From: a virus
Taxonomy: Duplodnaviria > Caudoviricetes
Direction: 5' to 3' (one strand)
Virus record (IMG/VR): IMGVR_UViG_3300034062_004821
Span: 1 to 54,138 of that record
DNA: 54,138 bases
Shown: positions 1 through 9,314 of the stretch, piece after piece
Numbering within the stretch: the stretch's first letter is position 1
Layout of the letters: each line of letters opens with the position of its first letter
Notes under the pieces: generated by a model
Database searches by the model: none
Seen by the model: only the letters and a program-made list of their open reading frames with translations
Told to the model about the DNA's origin: nothing
Position numbers and translations under genes: made by a program

Positions 1-174
1 GATCAGGGGGCGGAGGCGGCTCCTGAATACCCTGAGCAGCCTTCATCTGCGCTTCCTCAGCCTTCTTCGCTGCAATCTCCTCAGGGTTGGCGAAGAACAT
101 CTCAGGCGTCTTGAAACCGCTCCTGCTGGCAAAGCGGGTGACAGCGTTCCAGACCTGTTGGGGTCCTGCCATGG
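1..174. repeat. Terminal direct repeat, copy 1 (circular overlap)
   Basis: 1-174 is identical to 53965-54138 except G128 vs T54092. Confidence 0.97.
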
Positions 175-1936
175 AGGCATAATCCGGTATCTGGCTTTGA
201 ATCAGCTTCTGCTGGAACTCGATCAGCTTGTTGATCGTGGCAAGCTCAATGTCCTTCCCGCCAGAACCCACACCAACCTCGACGATCATGTCGTTCCGGT
301 CGCCAAAGCTTGATGGGTCGATGTCCACCCACTTGCCGCGAAGGCGGATCTTGTCCGAACGGGTTGAATGCTTGCGGCTCAGGGCGTGAATGTCGAGGAG
401 CCATCCCTTGACCAGCGTCTCCGCCAGGATACGGGCGATCATCCTCACCCTCTTCTGCGCCGCAGCCATGAGAGCCTGCGCGCCCCTTGCCGTGTCATGC
501 AGCGTGTCGGGGTTTAACCCCTGGGCATTGCGGACAATGCCGGTCCTCTGCTCACCCATCGTGGAAACGTATTCCAGCGCTTGCGCCACATTGAAGGTCA
601 GGGACCCCGTCTGAAGGGGACGAACAGCATTCCCCGTCCTTGACCGGACAGGAACCAGCGGCTCATTGCGCATGAGGTCGCTGATCGTGTGCTCATTGGC
701 CGAATCCATAGCCACTTCTGTGCGCTGGTTCATGGCGAAATAGCCTGAATCCAGCATCAGCCTGAGCAGGGCCGTCTTGATCCTCTGGATCTCCAACAGC
801 TTCTCAGCCAGGGACTGGCCATAGAAACGGTGGGCCGTGATGAAAGGCGTTCCAACCGACACCCCCGTCCTGTCGATCTTGCGCTTGTCGAGGAGAACCT
901 TGCAGTCGCCATCGGTCTCGATCTTCCACAGCTGGGACTTGCCCGATCCGTCGATGTCGGCGCGGATGAAATGCTTGTGGATCTCCACCGTCCTCATCAA
1001 AGACTTGCCATCGGGACCCTCAGGGCCTGATCCTTCAGCAGACTGGACGAGGGATGTCGTCTCGCCGGCAACATCCCTGGCCAGCTCGATGTTCTCGTTG
1101 GTCGACCGCTTGGTGTAGGCAGGAAGCTCAGCCACGAGGTCGGGGTCAAAGCCCATGTCCAGAAGGGCCTGCGCCCTTGGATAGCTGCGGATGCAGAAAT
1201 AAACCGCCTTGTTGAGGTCCAGCGTAGCGTCCTGAGCCACTGTCAGATTGCTGGGATCCACAGCCTCGCACTTGAGCTGGCCGTGATCGTAGCGGCGCTT
1301 TAGCACGGCATTGAATGTGGGGATCTCGATACCTTCATCGCCCATGATAGGATCGGCAGGGACGGCAGAAACAATCTCCACCCCGCTTTGCGCCGCCATT
1401 TCCAGCTCGGGCGCCGTCTTGCCATAGACCTCTTCCTCTTCCTCAGCCTCTTCATCCTGCCAGTAGGTGTAGAGAATGCCGGTGTCCGTCAGGAGGGCGT
1501 CCTTGATAGCGGTGTACAGCAGCAGGAAGCCGGGAAGCTTCTGGAAAGCTGTGTGGTTGACCCAGTCTGTTTCCTGCTGGGCGCGCTCCTCGTCATCCTG
1601 CGAAACGGGTGCAATGGTCGCAACATCTTCGCCCCCGGTGAAGATGTCCATGAGGTCAGGCATGACCGTCTCGATCGCCTCGGCAATGTCCGTGGACACG
1701 GCCTTGGAGCGATTGGGGAGCGATGGCATGTCATCCATCACGCCCTTGGCGTAGTTCAGAGAGGCTGTGCGCTTCTTCTCAAGGGTGGTGAAGTTCTCAA
1801 AGCCTATGGAGACATGGCGCTCGCCATCAAGCATGTGCAGGATGTCCTCATCGGACATGCCGGCGCCTTCCTCCATAGCCTCCTCGTCGGCCAGGATCTC
1901 CTCCGGGCCGATTGCAATGACTGCTGCTAATGCCAT
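1..1936 (-). CDS. Portal protein, N-terminal part (continues across the circular junction to 53564; ~778 aa total)
   Basis: Read by hand: ATG at 1936 just after the TerL stop, MALAAVIAIGPEE...NRSKAVSTDIAEAIETVMPDLMDIFTGG...AQQETDWVN...IKDALLTDTGI. In frame with ORF 53564..54136; lies between TerL and scaffold. Confidence 0.9.
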   Translation of the reverse strand, partial: MALAAVIAIGPEEILADEEAMEEGAGMSDEDILHMLDGERHVSIGFENFTTLEKKRTASLNYAKGVMDDMPSLPNRSKAVSTDIAEAIETVMPDLMDIFTGGEDVATIAPVSQDDEERAQQETDWVNHTAFQKLPGFLLLYTAIKDALLTDTGILYTYWQDEEAEEEEEVYGKTAPELEMAAQSGVEIVSAVPADPIMGDEGIEIPTFNAVLKRRYDHGQLKCEAVDPSNLTVAQDATLDLNKAVYFCIRSYPRAQALLDMGFDPDLVAELPAYTKRSTNENIELARDVAGETTSLVQSAEGSGPEGPDGKSLMRTVEIHKHFIRADIDGSGKSQLWKIETDGDCKVLLDKRKIDRTGVSVGTPFITAHRFYGQSLAEKLLEIQRIKTALLRLMLDSGYFAMNQRTEVAMDSANEHTISDLMRNEPLVPVRSRTGNAVRPLQTGSLTFNVAQALEYVSTMGEQRTGIVRNAQGLNPDTLHDTARGAQALMAAAQKRVRMIARILAETLVKGWLLDIHALSRKHSTRSDKIRLRGKWVDIDPSSFGDRNDMIVEVGVGSGGKDIELATINKLIEFQQKLIQSQIPDYASMAGPQQVWNAVTRFASRSGFKTPEMFFANPEEIAAKKAEEAQMKAAQGIQEPPPPPD

Positions 1937-1939
1937 GAC

Positions 1940-3244
1940 TTACGCCACTCCGAGGGAGGGTATTTCGAGCTTGCTCACTGAGGATGTCGGCTCGCGATAA
2001 TCCACGCACATCAGGCCGAAACTGTCTGCGTCATGTGAGGACCAGTCGTGCGATGGGCCAAGACCAATGCCGCGCTTCTCGTCCCTTAGTTCGTGATACC
2101 AGCCAAGCGCCTTGCGACCGGCTTCAGTCAGGTCTTCGTCAAAGTATATCCTGGGAAACAGGCGCTTGGCGGCTTCAATCCGCATCTTGGCGGCGCCGGG
2201 CCCCTGGTTTGGAACGACCCTGACGCTGAAGCCCGCTTCACGCCAATGATCTTCATATCTCTTGCCGGTCAGGTTGTTGGCGTTGACGCCGTCATGAGGG
2301 AGAATGACCTCAGCCTTCTGGTAACCCCTCTCCCGCATCCATTGGACGTGATAGCCGAGGGACTGACCCTGGCTTGTGTAATGGTCGAGCACCCTGATCT
2401 CACGGTCAATGAACTGAGCGATCCAGATGGAGTAGGCATCCGCCTTCGCTCCGGCGCCGCCGATATCGTGATAGCTCCGGATCGCCATGAGGGGGTCAAG
2501 GCTCAACCGGCAAATGCGCCTCTTCCTTTTGGCCTCCTCCAGCGATGAGCCGTAGTAAGCGCCCTCCTGTGCCGTAATGTAAGCGCCTTCCCAGATATGC
2601 TCGTACTGGTCAGGACGGTTGAGCTTGTCGTCCCTGCGGGTCCTTTCCAGCGTGGTCGGGAACCATGGATTGTCCCGCCAGTTCACCTCCACAACCATCA
2701 TATCGCTGGCTTTGGACTTCCGAAACCGCTTGTCTGTCGCGCTACCATCCAGCTCCGGGTTCCAGCACACCCACAATTCAGAGCCCTCCTCCCTGATGGT
2801 TGGGATGAGCTTGATCCAAGCCGGGTCGCTGATCGGCTCAGCCTCATCCGCCCAGCACAGGAGGATCCTGGCCTTTGACTTGATGCTGTCGAGGTTCTTG
2901 GACAGGCCGACGAACTTGAACTCGATCCGCCCGGACTTGGTCCGGACATAGGTCGCTCCAACATCAAACAAGCCCGTCAGCCAGGGATCGCTGGCGATCG
3001 CCGCCTTGATTTCCGCAAGGGAGCTATCGTCCAGAGAGTTCATGAACTCACGGACGCAAAGGACAATGCCCTCCCTGCCTTCTGCGTCCCACATGGCCAC
3101 ACGGACACAAGCCATCTTGGCAAAGCTTCGTGTCTTGGCAGAACCTCTCCCCCCATAGGCGCCACGAATGAACACACCCGTGGCTGAGAAGACCGGGATC
3201 AGCTTCGGGGGAAGCTCAATCTGGTGAGTGGACACGAGGCGCAA
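1940..3244 (-). CDS. terL: Terminase large subunit (PBSX/Terminase_3 type)
   Basis: Walker A GGRGSAKT, VREFMNSL, Walker B CWADEAE, WNP, VNWRDNPWF; C-terminal RNase H-like HDIGG...SHDADSF. Confidence 0.95.
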   Translation of the reverse strand: MRLVSTHQIELPPKLIPVFSATGVFIRGAYGGRGSAKTRSFAKMACVRVAMWDAEGREGIVLCVREFMNSLDDSSLAEIKAAIASDPWLTGLFDVGATYVRTKSGRIEFKFVGLSKNLDSIKSKARILLCWADEAEPISDPAWIKLIPTIREEGSELWVCWNPELDGSATDKRFRKSKASDMMVVEVNWRDNPWFPTTLERTRRDDKLNRPDQYEHIWEGAYITAQEGAYYGSSLEEAKRKRRICRLSLDPLMAIRSYHDIGGAGAKADAYSIWIAQFIDREIRVLDHYTSQGQSLGYHVQWMRERGYQKAEVILPHDGVNANNLTGKRYEDHWREAGFSVRVVPNQGPGAAKMRIEAAKRLFPRIYFDEDLTEAGRKALGWYHELRDEKRGIGLGPSHDWSSHDADSFGLMCVDYREPTSSVSKLEIPSLGVA

Positions 3245-3515
3245 CCAGTTCGATGCGATGCACGACCTTCACTGGATTGTCAGGATCCATGCCGATCTGC
3301 ATAGGCAGCACCTTTCCGAGCAAAGCCATGAAGGGGCCGGGATTGCGCTCAGCCTGAGCCTGCAGGTAGGAGACCATGCCGTCAGGACCGTATTGCGCTC
3401 CCGCAGCCTCTGCAGCTCTCAGGATGGCGTCTTTCAAAAACGCTGTTGTCTTGTTCGGAACGCCTTTCGGGCGCCCCTTGCCAGCGTTGGGGGGTTTGGG
3501 ATTCCTATTGGCCAC
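3216..3515 (-). CDS. terS: Terminase small subunit (putative)
   Basis: PNAGKGRPKGVPNK motif, FMALLGKVLP; overlaps the TerL start. Confidence 0.7.
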   Translation of the reverse strand: MANRNPKPPNAGKGRPKGVPNKTTAFLKDAILRAAEAAGAQYGPDGMVSYLQAQAERNPGPFMALLGKVLPMQIGMDPDNPVKVVHRIELVAPRVHSPD

Positions 3516-3619
3516 TAGTTTGTTGCGCGAGGGGTTTCCCGTGTTCGCGCCCTCTGTGTGGGGTTGTTATTCGAAGATCTGACCTTTCCGCATCGGGATC
3601 GGTCGAGACTTTATGCCTT

Positions 3620-3865
3620 TCAGGCGTTCCCTGAAGGCGCTACATCGGCAAGCCATTGCTCCTGCATGGCGTTGACGGCCTCACGGATCTCATCCCTGTA
3701 GGTCAGGAATGCATGGTTGGCGTGCGTTGAGGCTTCGATGATCCGCGCCGCCAATGTGGCCGGAGGCAGTTCGTAATAGTCTGCGAGTATCTGAAAGCGC
3801 TCTGCTGTCTCGTCAGATAGGGTCAGGGTGATGCGCTTCGACATTGGACCTGACCTTCTCTGCAA
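3620..3865 (-). CDS. Small ribbon-helix-helix-like DNA-binding protein
   Basis: MSKRITLTLSDE beta-strand/helix pattern; true start probably at the MSKR ATG. Confidence 0.45.
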   Translation of the reverse strand: MQRRSGPMSKRITLTLSDETAERFQILADYYELPPATLAARIIEASTHANHAFLTYRDEIREAVNAMQEQWLADVAPSGNA

Positions 3866-3980
3866 GATTGAGTATGTCCTGGGCGATGCCTTGCTGGCCC
3901 TTTATGCGGGCCAGTTTGGCGACCTGCTCCAGTTCCTCAGCTATGAGGGCCCTGTCAATGTCTGAGGTGTCCTCGTCCAC
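3813..3980 (-). CDS. Hypothetical protein (55 aa)
   Basis: Read by hand: GTG overlapping the upstream TAG; MDEDTSDIDRALIAEELEQVAKLARIKG... Confidence 0.55.
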   Translation of the reverse strand: MDEDTSDIDRALIAEELEQVAKLARIKGQQGIAQDILNLAEKVRSNVEAHHPDPI

Positions 3981-4447
3981 TACGACACCGCAGCCGAGAA
4001 GGGCGTTGCTTCAGAGCCCGTGCCGATGACTGTGCCATGGACAGACCAGAAGCCCGGTTTGACATCCTCGACCCAGAAATATTCGCCGATTTTAACCGAT
4101 CCTGTCGTGGTGCGGTTGAGCGTTATGGTGTCTGAGGCCGCTACAGTGCCAAATGTTGTGCAGGTTCCGTCAGCATTATCCACAACATGCAGGGCGCCAG
4201 TCATCACGTCCGTCGCATTGCCCACCTGAACCTTGTGGCTGTTAGACGTGGCAATTACCGATGTACAGAAATGGAAACGCACCCCTGAACCAACGGCTGC
4301 GGGAAGCGTGACGGTTGATCCGGCTGCCGTATCCAGCTGTATGGTCTTGCCGGCGTGCTCAGTCCGATCCAGCGTTATGGCGGATCCTGCAGGGACATAG
4401 CGGCTGGCTGCCTCCAGACGCTGATCAAAAGCTACATTACGAGCCAT
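3980..4447 (-). CDS. Putative virion/head decoration protein
   Basis: Thr/Gly/Ala-rich beta protein with HAGKTI..TVTLPAA motif; GGAG RBS. Confidence 0.55.
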   Translation of the reverse strand: MARNVAFDQRLEAASRYVPAGSAITLDRTEHAGKTIQLDTAAGSTVTLPAAVGSGVRFHFCTSVIATSNSHKVQVGNATDVMTGALHVVDNADGTCTTFGTVAASDTITLNRTTTGSVKIGEYFWVEDVKPGFWSVHGTVIGTGSEATPFSAAVS

Positions 4448-4490
4448 TGTAGATACTCCTGTGAAGGGGCTTTTGGGCCCGTGGGTGAAC

Positions 4491-4913
4491 TTAGCCGGCG
4501 CTTGTCGTCACAACGCCTGAATTGTTCCAGAGGGCTCCGGAAACTGCCGGATTGCTGGTGGGAAGTTGCAGGAAAGTAAGGCCCTTGCCCGCTGCATCCG
4601 CATTGGGAAAATAAATCGCGCCGTCATCCGACCAGACATATGGCTCCAGAGTGCCTGATGTGCGGGTAAAGCTAAAACGTACAGGGCCTGCGTCCTTAAT
4701 TTCAACGAGCCCTGGATTAGCCGCATAGGCGCTCATCTCTCCATCAGGGGACATGTAGGTGGCCACGGCGCCGTCAGGCCTCCGGCGCTGTATGGCGACC
4801 GTCCCTGCCCATGTCCCAGGCAGATCAATTTTCATCACGCCCTTGCCCAATAGTTCAAACCACGGGGTCGATCCTGTGGCCGACAACGCAAACTTGGCCA
4901 TCGGGCCCTCCAA
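4491..4913 (-). CDS. Putative virion protein
   Basis: C-terminal LPTSNPAVSGALWNNSG motif typical of phage fibre/decoration proteins. Confidence 0.5.
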   Translation of the reverse strand: MEGPMAKFALSATGSTPWFELLGKGVMKIDLPGTWAGTVAIQRRRPDGAVATYMSPDGEMSAYAANPGLVEIKDAGPVRFSFTRTSGTLEPYVWSDDGAIYFPNADAAGKGLTFLQLPTSNPAVSGALWNNSGVVTTSAG

Positions 4914-4916
4914 TGC

Positions 4917-5171
4917 TTAGCTGCGGCGAGACTTCTCGCCTGAACACTTCCATGCCGCCCTCGACAGCCGCAGCGGGCTGTTCGGGTTGTTAGCCGCAGA
5001 CGGAAAATCCCGCATCTGACCCGCTGATCGGGCGCAATAGGCATCGCCCTTCGAAGTGCCAGGCTTGACCCTCGGGCCTCCACCCTTTGCCTGTCCGGCC
5101 TGCCCGTAAGAAACCTTTTGACCAGACGAGGTGATCTTTACCCTCGCCTTGCCCTTTGCTGGCTTGGCCAT
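4917..5171 (-). CDS. Small basic phage protein (DUF6321-like)
   Basis: KVSYGQAG...KGDAYCARSAGQM...NPNSPLRLSRAAWKC; start at MAKPAK. Confidence 0.65.
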   Translation of the reverse strand: MAKPAKGKARVKITSSGQKVSYGQAGQAKGGGPRVKPGTSKGDAYCARSAGQMRDFPSAANNPNSPLRLSRAAWKCSGEKSRRS

Positions 5172-5172
5172 G

Positions 5173-5331
5173 TCACCGCCCCCTTTTCTTAGCTGTTTTA
5201 GCGCTGGCTTTGAAAGCAGCAGCAGTCGGGGCGCCTTTCGTCCCCGCTCTGCGCATAGTCTCGCCGCTTCCCGCCTCAATACGCGCTCGTTTTGCGTGAA
5301 TGTTGGCGTACAGTCCCGGCTTCTTCGCCAT
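5173..5331 (-). CDS. Small basic phage protein (52 aa)
   Basis: Read by hand: MAKKPGLYANIHAKRARIEAGSGETMRRAGTKGAPTAAAFKASAKTAKKRGR, a motif I recognise from aquatic phages. Confidence 0.75.
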   Translation of the reverse strand: MAKKPGLYANIHAKRARIEAGSGETMRRAGTKGAPTAAAFKASAKTAKKRGR

Positions 5332-5340
5332 GACTTGTCC

Positions 5341-5571
5341 TCATGTATTCCGCTCAGTGAACGGCTCAGGGTTGGGAATGTCGTACATCGCATTGCCCCA
5401 CATTTTGCACTCGATGAGGTCCACACAGATCATGTGGCCACCATCCGCAGGGGCAAAGACAAGCACCGGGTTGAGATTAGGACCGTAGTCAATCATCGCG
5501 TGGGCAAACCCTTCGCCCCTCGGCGTCATCACATACCAGGGAGGGTTCAGCTGCTGAATGCCAATGGTCAC
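5341..5571 (-). CDS. Hypothetical phage protein
   Basis: QQLNPP..TPRGEG...IDYG; ATGA-coupled to the upstream gene. Confidence 0.65.
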   Translation of the reverse strand: MTIGIQQLNPPWYVMTPRGEGFAHAMIDYGPNLNPVLVFAPADGGHMICVDLIECKMWGNAMYDIPNPEPFTERNT

Positions 5572-5798
5572 TGCTTCCCAGCAACAATAGCCGCTTTTAT
5601 CGGCGCAAGGTCATAGCCGTCCCACCAGTCATTCATAAGCGTTTGTTCAAGATGCAGGACGTTGCGGGCGAGCGTGTCGAGCTTCTCCGCGTCCTGCGTC
5701 GGAACAAGCGCATTGATGAGGGCAACGCTGTCCAGCATGGCGCTGTAGTGGCGAGCAATCTGCTCAGTCGTGGGTGGTTCAATGACAAGATCAGGCAT
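5568..5798 (-). CDS. Tail-fibre-associated small protein
   Basis: Starts 2 nt after the fibre gene; QIARHYSAMLDSV..RNVLHLE motif. Confidence 0.6.
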   Translation of the reverse strand: MPDLVIEPPTTEQIARHYSAMLDSVALINALVPTQDAEKLDTLARNVLHLEQTLMNDWWDGYDLAPIKAAIVAGKQ

Positions 5799-5800
5799 AG

Positions 5801-8668
5801 TTACTCTCCTTTAAGGGCTTTGATTTCCGCCGACAGTTGTTTGACGGCGTTGACGAGATGCCAGACCAGCGGGTCTGTGCTCACCGACAGCACGCCGGTT
5901 GAGTTTTCAGTTACGCAGGCGGGCAGAACCTGCTGGATTTCCTGCGCGATGACGCCAAGCTGGACGCCGGGACGGTCAATAGCAGCAGACTGCGGAAGTT
6001 CGGTAATCTCCTCGGGCGTACGATATTCAAACGTGCGGACCCGCAAAGCTTCGATGACGCTGAGACCATCGCTAAAGTCTGCGATGTTCTTTTTGATGCG
6101 AGCGTCGGAGGTTGTTTCCCAGGTTGTGACGTTTTTCTCATTGTATGCGCCGTTCGTCCCACCAATGAAAGCGGTATCATTGCCTTTGCCGGTAAGACCT
6201 TGTCCTATAACTGTCTGATCATCTCCGGTTGCGGCGCTAGGGTCTGAAGCTGAACCAATGATGGTGTTACGTGCGCCGGTTGTAATGACATCGCCCGCAA
6301 GACGTCCGACGGCTGTATTGTTTCCAGCCGTTGTAACAGCAACCAGCGCATTCTGACCAACCGCGGTATTTTCGGCCCCGGTTGTGTTAACAAGAAGCGC
6401 GGTTTCTCCGACCGCCGTATTGTACGAACCTGTTGTGTTTGCTTGCAATGCATTGCGACCGCAAGCTGCGTTAGCCGCACCTGTTGTGTTAAGCTGAAGT
6501 GCCTGAAAACCAACAGCCGTGTTTTCACTTCCAGACGTGTTGCTTTGCAGCGCTGCAAAACCAATACCCGTCAAACCAGAACCGGTGTTATTGGCTACAG
6601 TTGAGGAACCTTGAAGTGCGGAAGTACCAACAGCGGTGTTGTTGGAGGTGTTGTAGTAGAGAAGAGAGTTGTAACCAACAGCTGTGTTACTGCCCGCTGT
6701 TGTTTGAAACAACAACGATTGAAACCCGACAGCAGTGTTAGACCCGCCCGTTGTGTTTGCATTTAGGGCAGCCGTACCTAATGCTGTGTTTGCTCCTCCA
6801 GTTGTGTTTGCGCTAAGCGTGGAATTACCAATTGCTGTGTTGCTGGATCCAGACGTGTTATTAAGCAGTGCTTGATATCCAACAGCTGTGACGCTTGCTC
6901 CAGACGTGTTACTGTAAAGCGCTTGGTATCCAACAGCCGTCAGGTTGGAGGCGGTATTGTTGGCTACAGTTGAGGAACCCTGCGCGGCTTGGAAGCCGAC
7001 AGCTACGTTGTTGGCGGTGTTGTAGTAAAGAAGCGCATAGCGGCCAAGCGCCGAGTTGTTGCTAGCCGTTGTGTTGCTAAGAAGCGCAGCGCCTCCGACA
7101 GCGGTATTGTCGCTTCCGGTTGTGTTAGCTTGCAAAGAGCTTACGCCGAGAGCCGTATTTGTCGTACCCGTAGTATTGTTTGCAAGCGCAGATACGCCAA
7201 CTGCGGTGCCACTCCCTCCGGATGTGTTGTTTTGCAGCGCCGTGTAACCAACAGCGGTCAGGTTGTTGCCGGTGTTATTGGCGACGGTTGTAGAGCCTCG
7301 GGCGGCTTCGTAGCCAAGGGCGGTGTTGTTGTTGGTATTAAAGTAAGTAAGTGAGTTCATACCGACAGCTACGTTACTGCCGCCGGTTGTATTAAATTGA
7401 AGCGATGACAACCCAACGGCTACGTTGTTGCCGCCGGTCGTATTATTTCTAAGCGCTTCAACGCCGATTGCGGTGCTATAATTTCCAGACGTGTTGCTAT
7501 ACAGCGCCCGGTATCCAACAGCTACAAGAGCAGATCCGGTGTTGTTGGCGACAGTTGCAGAGCCTAGAGCGGCTTCAAAACCAACAGCGACGTTGTTTGA
7601 GGTGTTGAAGTAGCGAAGAGCGCTAAATCCAGACGCGGTGTTGTTGCTAGCTGTTGTTTGTGAGACTAGGGCGTTGTAGCCATTTGCCGTATTGTACCCA
7701 CCAGTTGTGTTTGCGCTAAGTGCTCCCCAACCATGAGCGGCGTTAAACGAACCAGTTGTGTTGTAAAACATTGCATAACGACCAGACGCGGTGTTTTCCG
7801 ATCCCGTCGTGTTTAGTGTTAGAGTTTCAGTGCCAAGCGCGGTGTTGCTAGTGCCAGACGTATTGTCGCGCAAAGCTTGCTGACCAAAAGCCGCCAGACC
7901 CGCTCCAGTATTGTTAGCAACCGTCGTCGAGCCTCGGGCGGCTTCAAATCCGACGGCGGTGTTACTGGAGGTGTTGAAGTAGCGAAGGGCTGAAACTCCA
8001 CCGGCAAAATTATTTGTTCCACTAACATTAGATTCCAGCGATATATATCCGACCGCCGTATTCTCCCCACCCGTTTGATTCAGGCGCATGGCCTCGCGGC
8101 CAAGTGCAGTATTTCCGCCGCCTGTGGTGTTTATGTTGAGAGAAAGAACGCCAATAGCTGTGTTAAAAATCCCTGTCGTGGTATTTTGCATCGACTGATA
8201 GCCGACAGCCGTATTGCTACCACCCGTCAAACTTGCGCTGTCCAGCGCTTGATACCCCAGCGCCGTGTTGCTCGCCACCGCCGTCTGGCCACCGAGGCCG
8301 ATGGTGAGGGTCTGAGCCGTGAGGCGACCTGTTTTGTTGACCGCAAACCTGCTAGCGCCTCCGACCTGAAGATCCAGCAGCGTAGATCCTGCGGCGCTGT
8401 TTGTGTCCGTGATATTTGCCTTGATAGCCGTTGCAGCTCCAGACGTATTCCAGGTGGCCGCTGCGTCGAGAATGGCTGCTGTCTGCGATCCGGTCAGGGA
8501 TTGTCCAGTCAGCGTCAGCGCTGTGCTGTTCTGAAGAAAGCTGATGAGGCCGCTGTTGACCGTCAGCTTTTTGCTGGCTCCGGACTGAGCTGCGCGCAGC
8601 GTAACAGCCGTGCCCGCGCTTGCTTCCGTCTTGCCCGTCGTGTTGGCTAACCATGTCTGAGTGGTCAT
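5801..8668 (-). CDS. Tail fibre/adhesin with 14-aa NTTGxxNTAxG repeats and C-terminal peptidase S74 intramolecular chaperone
   Basis: Dozens of NT(T/S)GxxNTA(V/L)G repeats; TSDARIKKNI, GVIAQEIQQVLP, LVNAVKQL. Confidence 0.9.
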   Translation of the reverse strand: MTTQTWLANTTGKTEASAGTAVTLRAAQSGASKKLTVNSGLISFLQNSTALTLTGQSLTGSQTAAILDAAATWNTSGAATAIKANITDTNSAAGSTLLDLQVGGASRFAVNKTGRLTAQTLTIGLGGQTAVASNTALGYQALDSASLTGGSNTAVGYQSMQNTTTGIFNTAIGVLSLNINTTGGGNTALGREAMRLNQTGGENTAVGYISLESNVSGTNNFAGGVSALRYFNTSSNTAVGFEAARGSTTVANNTGAGLAAFGQQALRDNTSGTSNTALGTETLTLNTTGSENTASGRYAMFYNTTGSFNAAHGWGALSANTTGGYNTANGYNALVSQTTASNNTASGFSALRYFNTSNNVAVGFEAALGSATVANNTGSALVAVGYRALYSNTSGNYSTAIGVEALRNNTTGGNNVAVGLSSLQFNTTGGSNVAVGMNSLTYFNTNNNTALGYEAARGSTTVANNTGNNLTAVGYTALQNNTSGGSGTAVGVSALANNTTGTTNTALGVSSLQANTTGSDNTAVGGAALLSNTTASNNSALGRYALLYYNTANNVAVGFQAAQGSSTVANNTASNLTAVGYQALYSNTSGASVTAVGYQALLNNTSGSSNTAIGNSTLSANTTGGANTALGTAALNANTTGGSNTAVGFQSLLFQTTAGSNTAVGYNSLLYYNTSNNTAVGTSALQGSSTVANNTGSGLTGIGFAALQSNTSGSENTAVGFQALQLNTTGAANAACGRNALQANTTGSYNTAVGETALLVNTTGAENTAVGQNALVAVTTAGNNTAVGRLAGDVITTGARNTIIGSASDPSAATGDDQTVIGQGLTGKGNDTAFIGGTNGAYNEKNVTTWETTSDARIKKNIADFSDGLSVIEALRVRTFEYRTPEEITELPQSAAIDRPGVQLGVIAQEIQQVLPACVTENSTGVLSVSTDPLVWHLVNAVKQLSAEIKALKGE

Positions 8669-8856
8669 GCGGCGTCATCCAGCAAATAGGTGATTGCGTC
8701 GTCGTCCAGCAGTTCAGTTGAATTGTCGTCGTCGCACAGCTCAATCGTGACTGAGACGCTTGGGTGCCAGACCAGGCCACCTATCAAAGCTCCAGACACG
8801 CTTTCGCGCAGGGCGCTTGTGAGCCTGGATCGCGCAATTGCAGATCTCAGCATCAC
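8665..8856 (-). CDS. Small acidic protein coupled to the tail fibre
   Basis: ATGA overlap with the fibre gene; IELCDDDNSTELLDD motif shared with the tail-tip protein. Confidence 0.65.
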   Translation of the reverse strand: MMLRSAIARSRLTSALRESVSGALIGGLVWHPSVSVTIELCDDDNSTELLDDDAITYLLDDAA

Positions 8857-8862
8857 CTACCC

Positions 8863-9150
8863 TCACGCTGACTGATTGATGGTGCTGCTGCGGATCTGCG
8901 CCGCATTCAGCGCATCCTCCTGCTGCAGCTCAGCGCGATGATCTGCGGCAGCACGATCGTGCTCAGCACGGAGCTGACGCATCGCCTGATTGAGCATCGA
9001 CATACGCGCGGCAGGCCTGGCTTCCCGGAAAGCTCTCGTGAAAGTCAGGCTGATTTGCCCGAGACCGGGAAAAGGCGCGCGAAGTCTTGCATATACTTTC
9101 ACAAGCATAAGCTCCCTCCCCGCCAATACTGTCCGAATACTCACGAACAT
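8863..9150 (-). CDS. Hypothetical protein
   Basis: ORF ends 6 nt before the next gene; start uncertain (9150 chosen, could extend to 9282). Confidence 0.5.
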   Translation of the reverse strand: MFVSIRTVLAGRELMLVKVYARLRAPFPGLGQISLTFTRAFREARPAARMSMLNQAMRQLRAEHDRAAADHRAELQQEDALNAAQIRSSTINQSA

Positions 9151-9257
9151 GTGATTTGTGGGGGTGGCGTGTAACGTCCCGTGTAACCTTTCGGTACACC
9201 CCTCAATGCGTATGTTCGTCATGCGCTTAGGCGCATTTGGATGTTTGAAAATCAATC

Positions 9258-9298
9258 GGGGCGGGCGCGGCTGCAACCGCAAACTCCCGCCCCTAACC
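9258..9298 (+). promoter_or_regulatory. Structured 5' leader (GGGGCGGG/CCCGCCCC stem enclosing GCGG-CTGCAA-CCGC, followed by TAACC)
   Basis: Nested inverted repeats directly upstream of the RBS of 9315. Confidence 0.5.
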
Positions 9299-9314
9299 AG
9301 AAAGGCCTCTGGCT

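Noticed and set aside
390-2000. Plus-strand ORFs over the portal region, and similar antisense ORFs genome-wide
   Set aside because: Shadow ORFs of GC-rich minus-strand genes; the portal was missed by the track only because it crosses the window end.
5801-8668. Diversity-generating retroelement target
   Set aside because: No reverse transcriptase and no TR/VR pair with adenine-specific differences was seen.
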